From Campylobacterales bacterium (GTDB lineage: Bacteria > Campylobacterota > Campylobacteria > Campylobacterales > QNZT01): a stretch of 41,228 nt of DNA. Positions 8,957-19,247 of this stretch are shown here, piece after piece; the first letter of the stretch is position 1; each line of letters starts with the position of its first letter. Both the position numbers and the translations under genes were made by a program. The notes beneath the pieces are model-generated. The model was not told where the DNA came from. It ran no database searches and saw nothing but the letters and a program-made list of their open reading frames with translations. The DNA is taken from the NCBI GenBank assembly GCA_026994915.1, contig JALWPY010000169.1:1-41228 (forward strand), written 5' to 3'.

Positions 8957-9388
8957 ATGTTGGGTCTGCATATCAGCAAATCACTGCCGCTGGCGATCGA
9001 AGCGCTCGACTTCCGTGCGATGCGTCAGAAGGTGATCTCGGGCAATATCGCCAATGTCGACACGCCCTACTACCGGGCGCGGGATATCCGTTTCGAAGAT
9101 CTGCTCGCCAAAGAGGCGCAGACGCTTCGCAGTGAAGGTCCCGTTCTCGAGATGGCACTTACAAACCCCATGCATCTGGACCCGATCGATGCGCGGGAGA
9201 GCGGACGGGCGAAGCTCTTTTTCAGGGGCACACACCCGACGCGAAACGACGGCAACAATGTCGACATCGACATCGAGTCGACCGAGATGAGCAAGAACGC
9301 CATTATGTTCGAGGCGCTCACCAACGGGATCAAGAAGCAGGCGATGATCTTCAAAAGTGTCATCGATGCTTCCGGTAAGGTGCAGTAA
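8957..9388 (+). CDS. flgB: Flagellar basal-body rod protein FlgB
   Basis: RQKVISGNIANVDTPYYRARD, RNDGNNVDID; AAGGAG SD. Confidence 0.97.
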   Translation: MLGLHISKSLPLAIEALDFRAMRQKVISGNIANVDTPYYRARDIRFEDLLAKEAQTLRSEGPVLEMALTNPMHLDPIDARESGRAKLFFRGTHPTRNDGNNVDIDIESTEMSKNAIMFEALTNGIKKQAMIFKSVIDASGKVQ

Positions 9389-9431
9389 CGCACTGTAAAT
9401 AACTATCAACAAACAGAGACGGAAGTGATAA

Positions 9432-9669
9432 GGTATGTTTGTCAATTAAAAAAGAGGCTCAGACCAACGGGAGGATTTGCCCTCTTTTTTAATTGACAAA
9501 CATACCAACCAAGTCAACCACGGTTTATAAAATCAAAGTCGGAACTTAGTCCGGCAGCTCTTTTTTTGCGGCTTCAAAAAGAGGACAAAAGTAGCGAATA
9601 GCGGTTGCGAAGCAAACTTTCCGCGAAATCCTCCCTTCGATCTGAGCCTCTTTTTGAAGCCGCAAAAAA
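9432..9669. repeat. Twin-hairpin element between flgB and flgC
   Basis: Perfect 26-bp stem 9432-9457 / 9481-9506; perfect 23-bp stem 9562-9584 / 9647-9669; cross-complementarity 9449-9478 / 9626-9655 at 27/30. Confidence 0.85.
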
Positions 9670-9719
9670 GGAACATACAATGTTCAATCTGAGCGACTGC
9701 TGAGTAAGAGAGCGGGCGG

Positions 9720-10211
9720 ATGCCATGTCTGAACGGTTTCGATATCCGCGGCTACGGCCTCTCGGCGCAGCGCTTTCGTATCAACCTCATCAGCTCCAAC
9801 ATCGCAAACGCCAACACCACCCGAACCGACGAAGGGGGCCCCTACCGCAGACGGGAAGTGATCTTCAAAGCGGTCGACTTCTCCGACCTCCTCTCACAGA
9901 AGATGAAAGAGGCCGGCTACCTCAAAGACGAGAACCCTATCGACGACCCCGCAGCGACCCCCTTCCCCGAACCGCCGCTGATGAGCGTGCGTGTGGACAA
10001 AGTGATCCGGGACGACTCGCCCTTTAAATTACGTTTCGACCCAACCAATCCCGATGCGGATGAAAATGGCTATGTCGCCCTCCCAAACGTTAATCCCGTC
10101 ATCGAAATGGCCGATTTAATAGAAGCGACACGGGCCTATCAGGCAAACGTCGCAGCATACCAAAGTACGAAAACGATGGCACAAAGTTCCATCGATCTGT
10201 TGAAAGGATAA
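9720..10211 (+). CDS. flgC: Flagellar basal-body rod protein FlgC
   Basis: GLSAQRFRINLISSNIANANTTRT.EGGPYRR, DP.NPDA..GYV..PNVN..EMADLIEATRAYQAN. Confidence 0.97.
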   Translation: MPCLNGFDIRGYGLSAQRFRINLISSNIANANTTRTDEGGPYRRREVIFKAVDFSDLLSQKMKEAGYLKDENPIDDPAATPFPEPPLMSVRVDKVIRDDSPFKLRFDPTNPDADENGYVALPNVNPVIEMADLIEATRAYQANVAAYQSTKTMAQSSIDLLKG

Positions 10212-10215
10212 CTGA

Positions 10216-10524
10216 ATGGCACAGGCATTACAATCTATATCTCCACTCTCCATCGCCGGTGTCAACAACAAGACACCCCAAACCTCCGATGAAAACCGGC
10301 AGGGAGGCGACTTTCTGAGTATCCTCAAAGCCTCGCTGGGGGAAGTGAACGACATGCAGATCAAAGGCGACGAAGCACTCAGAGATATCGCGACCGGTCA
10401 GGTCAAAGACCTCCATCAGGCGGCGATCGCCATCGACAAGGCGGAGATCAGTATGAAACTGATGCTCGAAATCCGCAACAAAGCCCTCAGCGCTTACAAA
10501 GAGATTCTCCGAACCCAAATATAA
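10216..10524 (+). CDS. fliE: Flagellar hook-basal body complex protein FliE
   Basis: DLHQAAIAIDKAE...EIRNKALSAYKEILRTQI; follows flgC. Confidence 0.96.
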   Translation: MAQALQSISPLSIAGVNNKTPQTSDENRQGGDFLSILKASLGEVNDMQIKGDEALRDIATGQVKDLHQAAIAIDKAEISMKLMLEIRNKALSAYKEILRTQI

Positions 10525-10640
10525 TCCTCTGAAAAATGCCGCTTCACTCAAACGGCTTCACGGTGGGGCCCCAAAATCTCTGTGAGATTTTGACCCTTCC
10601 GCTGCAGATGTTATTCGTGAATCACATTTTTCAAAGGACT
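10523..10640. repeat. About 118-bp MITE-like element with short imperfect terminal inverted repeats
   Basis: aatcctctgaaaaatg (10523-10538) versus the reverse complement of catttttcaaaggact (10625-10640) matches at 14/16; internal hairpin caaaatctc-tgt-gagattttg (10572-10592). Confidence 0.55.
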
Positions 10641-10649
10641 CAAGTTATG

Positions 10650-10680
10650 AAATCATCTGCATGAAAGTGCGGATGATTTT
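10650..10680 (+). terminator. Probable intrinsic terminator of the flgBC-fliE transcript
   Basis: aaatcatctgcat-GAAA-gtgcggatgattt: a 13-bp stem with two G-U pairs on the + strand and a GNRA loop, ending in TTTT. Confidence 0.6.
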
Positions 10681-10703
10681 CGTCCTCTTAACCATTCATT
10701 GAT

Positions 10704-10709
10704 TATAAT
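10704..10709 (+). promoter_or_regulatory. Sigma70 -10 box (TATAAT) 6 nt before the PBP start codon; leaderless-type arrangement
   Basis: TATAAT-ggatgc-ATG(10716); no clear SD. Confidence 0.6.
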
Positions 10710-10715
10710 GGATGC

Positions 10716-12482
10716 ATGAATCCATCCGAAAACAGACAGATCAAAATCGCCATCATCTTTTCGATCATGCTTATCTTCTTCGCGATTTTGATCGGGGCCC
10801 TCTTCAGGATTCTCTCCCACAAAGATGACGAACAGCGGCTCTATGCCCATGAACGTGACCGGGCGATACGCGGCGAGATACTGAGCAAAAACCGCTTCAC
10901 CATCGCCACCAGTCGCAAACTCTACACCGCGCAGGTCGACACACGCTGCATCGATCCTGACAAATTCGACCTCTTCGTCAAACTCTTCGCGATCTTCAGC
11001 AATCTCGACCCCTACTACATCAAGGAAAAGCTTCGGTCCAACTTCGGGTTTGTCAACATCTCTACCCGGCTCGACTCCAAATCGGCACGCTATCTCAAAC
11101 AGCTGCGTTACAACCTGAACCGTTACCATGTCTTTCGCAAATATACCGACGAACACGGCCGCACGCTCGACCACGGACTCAGCATCTTCGAAACGGGTGA
11201 ATACCGGGACTATCCGCTGGGAAACACCTTCTCCCCCTATATCGGGTTTATCCGCAGGTCCCTGCAGAACAACTACCAGACCGTCCGGGGCATCTACGGA
11301 CTGGAGAAGTACTACAACGAACAGCTGGAGGGGATACAGAACACCCTGATCGAGGGACGCAGGGACGTGCGGGGGAACATCATCCTGGATGAGCACAGCG
11401 AAGTGAAAACGCGTATCGACGGTTATGACGTTATCACGAGCATCGACCTCAAGTTGCAGAAAGCGGTCGAGGAGATACTGGACCGCTACCGGGAGTCGCT
11501 GGGTGCCAAAGAGATCATCGCCGCAGTGATGGAGAGCAAAAGCGGCAACATCCTCAGCGTGGCAAGTTCACGCCGCTACAATCCGGGACACATCACGAGT
11601 GAGGATGTCCCCAAAACTAACATCTCCGCCATCCGCTACGTCTTCGAACCGGGATCGGTTATGAAGGCGATCACCTTCTCGCTGCTGCTGCAGGAGGGGG
11701 GCGTCAGGCCGCATGATATCATCAATGTCGAGAACGGCCGCTACCGGCTCGGCAACCGGATCATCACCGACGAACACCGCTACGACTATCTGAGTGCCGA
11801 AAATATCATCGTCCACTCCAGCAATATCGGTATGGCGAAACTCTCCGCCCTGCTCGATACGATCTCCTTCTTCAAAGGGTTGCGCGACTTCGGCTTCTCC
11901 CGTCCCAGCGGTATCGATCTGAGCGACGAACTGAGCGGCTCCATCCCCAACATCCATCAGTTCGAAAACAGCGTCTTCAAAGCAACCGCCTCCTACGGGT
12001 ACGGCATGCGGGTCAACTTCTTTCAGCTACTCAAAGCCTACAACGCCTTCAACAACGGCGGCATCATACTCCGACCCACGATCGGAGAGTTTTACGACCC
12101 GCACACGCTCCCCATCCGAAAGATCTACCGTAAACGTGCCAAGCGGGTACTCGATCCTCAGGTCGCCGAGACGATGCGCAGCATCCTCGTAAAAACGGTC
12201 AACGAAGGTACCGGCAAGGCCGCCATCACACCGGGTATCGAGGTGGGCGGCAAAACGGGTACCGCGCAGATCGCCGTCAGGGGTGTTTATGAGAACATCT
12301 ACAACAGCTCCTTTTTCGGCTTCGCAAACGATACGGAACACCGCTACACGATCGGCGTGACGGTGATCGAACCCGATCCCACCCGCAAACGCTACTTCGC
12401 TTCACAAAGCGCCGTACCCGTATTTAAGGCGATTGTCAACATCATGATCGAAAACGGCCAGCTAACACCGTCGCAGAATTGA
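10716..12482 (+). CDS. ftsI: Class B penicillin-binding protein (PBP3/FtsI type)
   Basis: N-terminal TM, RGEI, GLEKYYN, EPGSVMK (SxxK), SSN, GKTGT; same position after fliE as Campylobacter pbpB. Confidence 0.85.
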   Translation: MNPSENRQIKIAIIFSIMLIFFAILIGALFRILSHKDDEQRLYAHERDRAIRGEILSKNRFTIATSRKLYTAQVDTRCIDPDKFDLFVKLFAIFSNLDPYYIKEKLRSNFGFVNISTRLDSKSARYLKQLRYNLNRYHVFRKYTDEHGRTLDHGLSIFETGEYRDYPLGNTFSPYIGFIRRSLQNNYQTVRGIYGLEKYYNEQLEGIQNTLIEGRRDVRGNIILDEHSEVKTRIDGYDVITSIDLKLQKAVEEILDRYRESLGAKEIIAAVMESKSGNILSVASSRRYNPGHITSEDVPKTNISAIRYVFEPGSVMKAITFSLLLQEGGVRPHDIINVENGRYRLGNRIITDEHRYDYLSAENIIVHSSNIGMAKLSALLDTISFFKGLRDFGFSRPSGIDLSDELSGSIPNIHQFENSVFKATASYGYGMRVNFFQLLKAYNAFNNGGIILRPTIGEFYDPHTLPIRKIYRKRAKRVLDPQVAETMRSILVKTVNEGTGKAAITPGIEVGGKTGTAQIAVRGVYENIYNSSFFGFANDTEHRYTIGVTVIEPDPTRKRYFASQSAVPVFKAIVNIMIENGQLTPSQN

Positions 12483-12516
12483 ACTCTCTGCATCTTTGGT
12501 CTTAAATATTACTTAA

Positions 12517-12545
12517 TTTAAGTGAATTATAAGCTTTTATATACT
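12517..12545 (+). promoter_or_regulatory. Putative sigma70 promoter of rplM-rpsI
   Basis: TTTAAGT (12517-12523) and TATACT (12540-12545), the Campylobacterota housekeeping pattern. Confidence 0.55.
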
Positions 12546-12581
12546 ACACTCCCCTCTCATAAAAATTGAAAAGGTACGATT

Positions 12582-13016
12582 GTGAAAACAACAAGAATGA
12601 TAAAAGCCGATGAGGTAGAGAGAGACTGGATCGTCATCGATGCAAGCGGTAAGAAGTTCGGTCGTGTTTTGACCGAGATCGCCACGCTTCTGAGAGGGAA
12701 ACATAAGCCATACTATACACCAAACGTTGACTGCGGTGATTATGTCGTCGTCATCAATGCAGACAAAGTGGAAGTATCCGGCACCAAGATGGATACCAAG
12801 ATGTATCACAGACACACCGGTTACTTTGGCGGTGTCAAAAGCGAGAAGTTCGGTGAGTTGCTCCAGAACAATCCTGCCAAACTCTTCAAGCTCGGTACCA
12901 GAGGTATGCTGCCAAAAACCAACCTCGGTAAAGAGATGCTCAAAAAACTCAAAGTCTATGCAGGGAGCGAACACCCTCACACAGCCCAAGTAAGTAAATC
13001 AAAAGGTACGAAATAA
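12582..13016 (+). CDS. rplM: 50S ribosomal protein L13
   Basis: [41 protein letters not shown]; GTG start. Confidence 0.99.
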   Translation: MKTTRMIKADEVERDWIVIDASGKKFGRVLTEIATLLRGKHKPYYTPNVDCGDYVVVINADKVEVSGTKMDTKMYHRHTGYFGGVKSEKFGELLQNNPAKLFKLGTRGMLPKTNLGKEMLKKLKVYAGSEHPHTAQVSKSKGTK

Positions 13017-13405
13017 TGTCTAAAATCTACGCTACAGGAAAAAGAAAAACGGCAATTGCAAAAGTATGGCTCAAGCCAGGAAGCGGTAAAATGGCCATCA
13101 ACGGTCAGAGCCTCGACGAGTGGCTCGGCGGTCTCGATCTGCTGAAAAAGCGTGTCATGCAACCGCTGAACCTCACGAAGCAGGAGCAGTCTGTCGATAT
13201 TATCGCTACGACACAAGGTGGCGGTGTTTCTGCACAGGCAGACGCAGTACGTCACGGTATCTCCAAAGCACTGGTCGCTTACGATGCGGAGTTCCGCGCA
13301 ATCCTCAAGCCACAGGGTATGCTGACCAGAGATGCTAGGGTCGTCGAAAGAAAGAAATACGGAAAAAGAAAAGCGAGAAGAAGTCCACAGTTCTCAAAAA
13401 GATAA
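13016..13405 (+). CDS. rpsI: 30S ribosomal protein S9
   Basis: [47 protein letters not shown]. Confidence 0.99.
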   Translation: MSKIYATGKRKTAIAKVWLKPGSGKMAINGQSLDEWLGGLDLLKKRVMQPLNLTKQEQSVDIIATTQGGGVSAQADAVRHGISKALVAYDAEFRAILKPQGMLTRDARVVERKKYGKRKARRSPQFSKR

Positions 13406-13419
13406 TCACTTCTTCCCTC

Positions 13420-13448
13420 TGCCCGGCCGCGATCGCGCGGCTGTGGCA
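13420..13448 (+). terminator. GC-rich hairpin after rpsI, no U-tract
   Basis: tgcc-cggccgcg-atcg-cgcggctg-t-ggca. Confidence 0.35.
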
Positions 13449-13468
13449 TACTCTCCAAAGGCTCACCC

Positions 13469-14287
13469 ATGAGTTCCTCACTGAAATATATCCTTCTGTT
13501 ATTAGTCATCTCAACACTCATATTTATCGCTTATAAAACGTACGATACGGAGAGAGACTCTGTCCTGTTAACCCAACAGATATCTGCCGAAAGCGATACC
13601 AGCAAAACAGTACAGAAAAAAATCGATAAAATTTTGGAAGATCTGACAATCGGTCTCTATGCCAACTATTCCAAAAATGAGGCAAAGATAGAGGCATTGG
13701 AGAACAAAGCAGCACTTTTGCACCGTAAAAGTATCAGCTATCTTTACTATTTTTTCGCCACATTCACACTCTTTGCGCTCCTCTTTTATCTGCTCGATTT
13801 TGAGCTCTTTGTCATCTTTATCGGTATTACCGCGTTAATCAGCCTGATAAGCGCACTATTTACACCACTGGTGGTGATGACCGTCTACAAAATTTTTCCG
13901 ATATTGGGCGAAGTGACGCTCTCCTATGAGAGTAAGACACTTTTGGGGACCATCACCAAACTCTTTGCGCAATCCAACTATCTAATCGGTATACTGGTAC
14001 TGCTCTTCAGCGTTTTGATACCGCTCTTCAAATCACTGTTGATCATCATGTACGGATTTTTCAAAGAGACGGGATTTGGCAGAGGGAGTGTCAAAGTGAT
14101 CGAAAAGATCGGAAAGTGGTCGATGGCTGATGTTTTTATCGTGGCGCTACTCGTAGTGCTCTTTTCTACCAAACAGGATATACATACCAGTCTCAGGGTC
14201 GAAACGGGACTCTATTTCTTTATCGGATATGTCCTGCTATCGATGCTGGGATCGTCACTGTTGCCCGTCAGTCGAAAGTGTTCCTGA
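13469..14287 (+). CDS. Paraquat-inducible protein A (PqiA) family membrane protein
   Basis: LFSVLIPLFK and IGKWSMADVFIVAL motifs, GLYFF; multiple TM helices. Confidence 0.8.
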   Translation: MSSSLKYILLLLVISTLIFIAYKTYDTERDSVLLTQQISAESDTSKTVQKKIDKILEDLTIGLYANYSKNEAKIEALENKAALLHRKSISYLYYFFATFTLFALLFYLLDFELFVIFIGITALISLISALFTPLVVMTVYKIFPILGEVTLSYESKTLLGTITKLFAQSNYLIGILVLLFSVLIPLFKSLLIIMYGFFKETGFGRGSVKVIEKIGKWSMADVFIVALLVVLFSTKQDIHTSLRVETGLYFFIGYVLLSMLGSSLLPVSRKCS

Positions 14288-14308
14288 CAGCAGCATAGAC
14301 GCTTGCCC

Positions 14309-15439
14309 TCAAAGGCTTCGGGCAAACTCTTCAAAGATATATTTGCTGTCATGCGGCCCCGGACTCGCTTCAGGATGGTGCTGCACCGAAAAGATCGGTT
14401 CGTCATTGTAACGCACCCCTTCGATCGTCTGATCAAAAAGGTTGATATGCGTTACCGTCGCGATGTCGCAGATAGAATCGGGGACATTGTAGTTATGATT
14501 CTGCGCCGTAATTTCTACTCTTTTTGTGCTCTGGTTCGCTACAGGGTGATTGCCGCCATGCTGACCAAACTTGAGTTTATAAGTTTTGTGTCCATGAGCG
14601 ATGGAAAGAAGCTGATGTCCCAGGCAAATGGCAAACATCGGCACTCTGGCATCGATCAGTTCTTTGATCTTGGCAGCCTCTTCGGTGAGGATCAACGGAT
14701 CGCCCGGACCGTTGGAGAGAAAGACACCTGCGATCTCACGCTTTTGATAGCGTTCGATCAGGTGCTGTACGTCGAAATCATGCGGTATCACTTCGACAGT
14801 AAGGCCGGTCTGCCGTAATTCGTTGAGGATATTTCGCTTGACGCCAAAATCGATAACAACAATCTTCTTTCCCAGAGAGATCGGGTCACTATAACACTGA
14901 TTAAGAGGATCCCAGCTGCCACTCTCATGCTGATAGACCTTTTTCGTACTGACCTCTTTGATATAATTGACTTCTTCGATACGAGGCGCATCGGCCAGCA
15001 TCTCTTGAAGCCTCTCTTTGTCAGAGATCTCAGTCGAGGCGATCATCATCTGCGGCCCTTTGCTACGAATCAGTTTCGTCAAAAAACGGGTATCGATGTC
15101 GCAGATACCAAGACTCTGATGTGCTTTCAGAAAATCGCCCAGTGACTCTTCGCCGCGAAAATTCGAGAAGCGTTCCTGATAGTTTCTGACGATGGCACCG
15201 CTGCTGTAGACTTCTCTGCTCTCCATATCATCAAGGTTGCAACCGACATTGCCGATTTCAGGCATCGTAAAGACGACGAACTGTCCGGCGTAACTGGGAT
15301 CACTCATGATCTCCTGATAGCCGCTCATCGAAGTATTGAAGACGATCTCACCGGTTTTGGTCCCTTCAAAACCGAAACTCTTCGCTTCGATATAGGTACC
15401 ATCCTCCAGACAGAGCCATATTTTGGAAAGTTTTTTCAT
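14309..15439 (-). CDS. carA: Carbamoyl-phosphate synthase small subunit
   Basis: GEIVFNTSMSGYQE, LSNGPGDP, ICLGHQL, FGQHGGNHPV, AQNHNY, QHHPEASPGPHD. Confidence 0.99.
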   Translation of the reverse strand: MKKLSKIWLCLEDGTYIEAKSFGFEGTKTGEIVFNTSMSGYQEIMSDPSYAGQFVVFTMPEIGNVGCNLDDMESREVYSSGAIVRNYQERFSNFRGEESLGDFLKAHQSLGICDIDTRFLTKLIRSKGPQMMIASTEISDKERLQEMLADAPRIEEVNYIKEVSTKKVYQHESGSWDPLNQCYSDPISLGKKIVVIDFGVKRNILNELRQTGLTVEVIPHDFDVQHLIERYQKREIAGVFLSNGPGDPLILTEEAAKIKELIDARVPMFAICLGHQLLSIAHGHKTYKLKFGQHGGNHPVANQSTKRVEITAQNHNYNVPDSICDIATVTHINLFDQTIEGVRYNDEPIFSVQHHPEASPGPHDSKYIFEEFARSL

Positions 15440-15990
15440 TACATCATCCCTCGCTTGCGCAGCTCTTCACGGTAGAGTCGCTCAAATACGACATTGTACT
15501 CGTCGGTTCCGGGAATCAGCTTACGCTGCATTTTGTCGATTTTTTCGATAACATTGTCTTCGATCTCCTCGAAACTCTGAATATAATTCTCGATAGCGGT
15601 ATAGATGACGTTTTTGACGACATTTTCACTGACACTGTAGTTGATCAGGTCTTCATCGTAGAGTTTGTCGAGGATCTCATGTGCCACTTTGTTGAAGCGA
15701 TCTTCATAAGAGAGGATCACATCATACTCTCTGGCCATCTTCTTTTTGACGAGCCAGAACATATTGCGCCTGTCTACACGCATGAACTCCATCTCATCTT
15801 CGTTCTCTTCAAGTATCTCATTGACACGCTCTTCGAGTGCCAGCTCTTTTTTCAGATCTTCTGTCAATACCTCTTCGGCTTTCTGTGCCACGATATCGAC
15901 GCCTTCGGTAAATGTGACATACCCGGAGTTGAGCAGATCGATAGCGATTTTTCGGGCGATATAAGGCGCATGCGGTAATCTTATCTTCAT
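15439..15990 (-). CDS. DUF507 family protein
   Basis: MKIRLPHAPYIARKIAIDL...LIPGTDEY; conserved position upstream of carA in Campylobacterota; start trimmed to ATG 15990. Confidence 0.8.
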   Translation of the reverse strand: MKIRLPHAPYIARKIAIDLLNSGYVTFTEGVDIVAQKAEEVLTEDLKKELALEERVNEILEENEDEMEFMRVDRRNMFWLVKKKMAREYDVILSYEDRFNKVAHEILDKLYDEDLINYSVSENVVKNVIYTAIENYIQSFEEIEDNVIEKIDKMQRKLIPGTDEYNVVFERLYREELRKRGMM

Positions 15991-16115
15991 CAGAGTGCCT
16001 TCGTGTAGTAATATTTTGGATGCAATCCGCTGCATCGTTTGTTTCTCGAACAAATTCCGCAAAGGTTTCGATTGCTATAATTTTCTAGTGTAGCAAATTT
16101 TTAGTAAAGAGTGAA

Positions 16116-16646
16116 TTATTTGGTCAGGTTCTGATCGAACGGCGGTCCCTTGGTCAAAAGGGCAGTTACTTCAGATGCAATATCGGGATCCATCTTGGCC
16201 ATAACTTTCGCGATCTTTTTGGGAGTGAGGTTGAAAAGAATACGGGCTGCTTCCGTGCGGGGCATCGCATCTAAAATGGCTGCAGCTTTGGAATCTTTCA
16301 TCTTCAGATAGGAGGCGGTGATCTTGTCGTCTTTGGCTTTTTTGATCTCTTCGAGCAGCTTTTTGTTCTTTTCGTAGAGCTCCAGGATCTCCTTTTTTGT
16401 TGCAGTCACCTTCTGCAGCGTGGCGTTGACTTCGGCCAGTTTCTGCGCTAGTTTCTTCTCCTTTTTGGCGATCAGATCGAGCTGTGCCTCTTTGTAGATC
16501 TCGAATGCCTGCTGCTCCTCATCGAGTCGGTCGAGCTCTCTGAGTATCTCCCCTTTGCGCTGTTCAAATACAGCATTGCAGTCGACCAGATCTTTCGCAT
16601 AAGTCATACCTGTCAGCAGTGTAATGATAACTATAACTGACTTCAA
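16116..16646 (-). CDS. MotE/MgtE_N-like periplasmic flagellar motor-associated protein
   Basis: Signal peptide, coiled coil, YLKMKDSKAAAIL...KVMAKMDP repeat; follows the fliJ-like gene. Confidence 0.75.
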   Translation of the reverse strand: MKSVIVIITLLTGMTYAKDLVDCNAVFEQRKGEILRELDRLDEEQQAFEIYKEAQLDLIAKKEKKLAQKLAEVNATLQKVTATKKEILELYEKNKKLLEEIKKAKDDKITASYLKMKDSKAAAILDAMPRTEAARILFNLTPKKIAKVMAKMDPDIASEVTALLTKGPPFDQNLTK

Positions 16647-17071
16647 ACGGTTCCTTTCTGTTTACGCAAAAAGAGCTGTCCTGCAATCTCATCGAGCCGT
16701 TTGGCTTCCTCTCTTTTTTGTGCTTCCAATATCTTCTCTCTCTCCAGAGCATTCAGATGTTTGATCTTCTCATACTCAAGTGAGACTTCTTTGTAAAGAA
16801 TATTTATATTATTGATCTCTTGATCATAATATTTTAACATATTTTCTTTTTGGGGTTTATCGCGATAAAGATAATCTTTTTGTGCAAATGCCATACGCAT
16901 GGCATTGAAATCACCGCTTTCGGGTATCTTGAAGTGTTGAATCTGCGAGTCTATCTCTGCTATTTCCGTTAGTGTCTGCGCTTTCTGAGCCCGAATCGAT
17001 GCCAGTTTACGCTCAATCTCGGAGACTTTTTGTTTTCTGACTTTCAAAAGTTCCGAGAATTTTGTCTTCAT
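16643..17071 (-). CDS. fliJ: Flagellar export protein FliJ-like
   Basis: 142-aa coiled coil, MKTKFSELLKVRK...YEKIKHL...EAKRLDE; position downstream of purA. Confidence 0.7.
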   Translation of the reverse strand: MKTKFSELLKVRKQKVSEIERKLASIRAQKAQTLTEIAEIDSQIQHFKIPESGDFNAMRMAFAQKDYLYRDKPQKENMLKYYDQEINNINILYKEVSLEYEKIKHLNALEREKILEAQKREEAKRLDEIAGQLFLRKQKGTV

Positions 17072-17077
17072 AAGCTC

Positions 17078-19179
<2,102 letters not shown>

Positions 19180-19206
19180 TCTCTGTCCTCATATAAATAA
19201 CTGTTA

Positions 19207-19219
19207 CTCAGTATAACAA
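19207..19219 (-). promoter_or_regulatory. Putative extended -10 (TGtTATACT) for hisZ-purA
   Basis: TATACT at 19210-19215 on the minus strand, about 30 nt upstream of the start. Confidence 0.5.
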
Positions 19220-19247
19220 ATGTTTTGTAAAAGCGGGGAAAGTGGAC

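Noticed and set aside
9432-9669. Possible CRISPR mini-array or tracrRNA
   Set aside because: The repeats are inverted rather than regularly spaced direct repeats, and there are no cas genes in the window.
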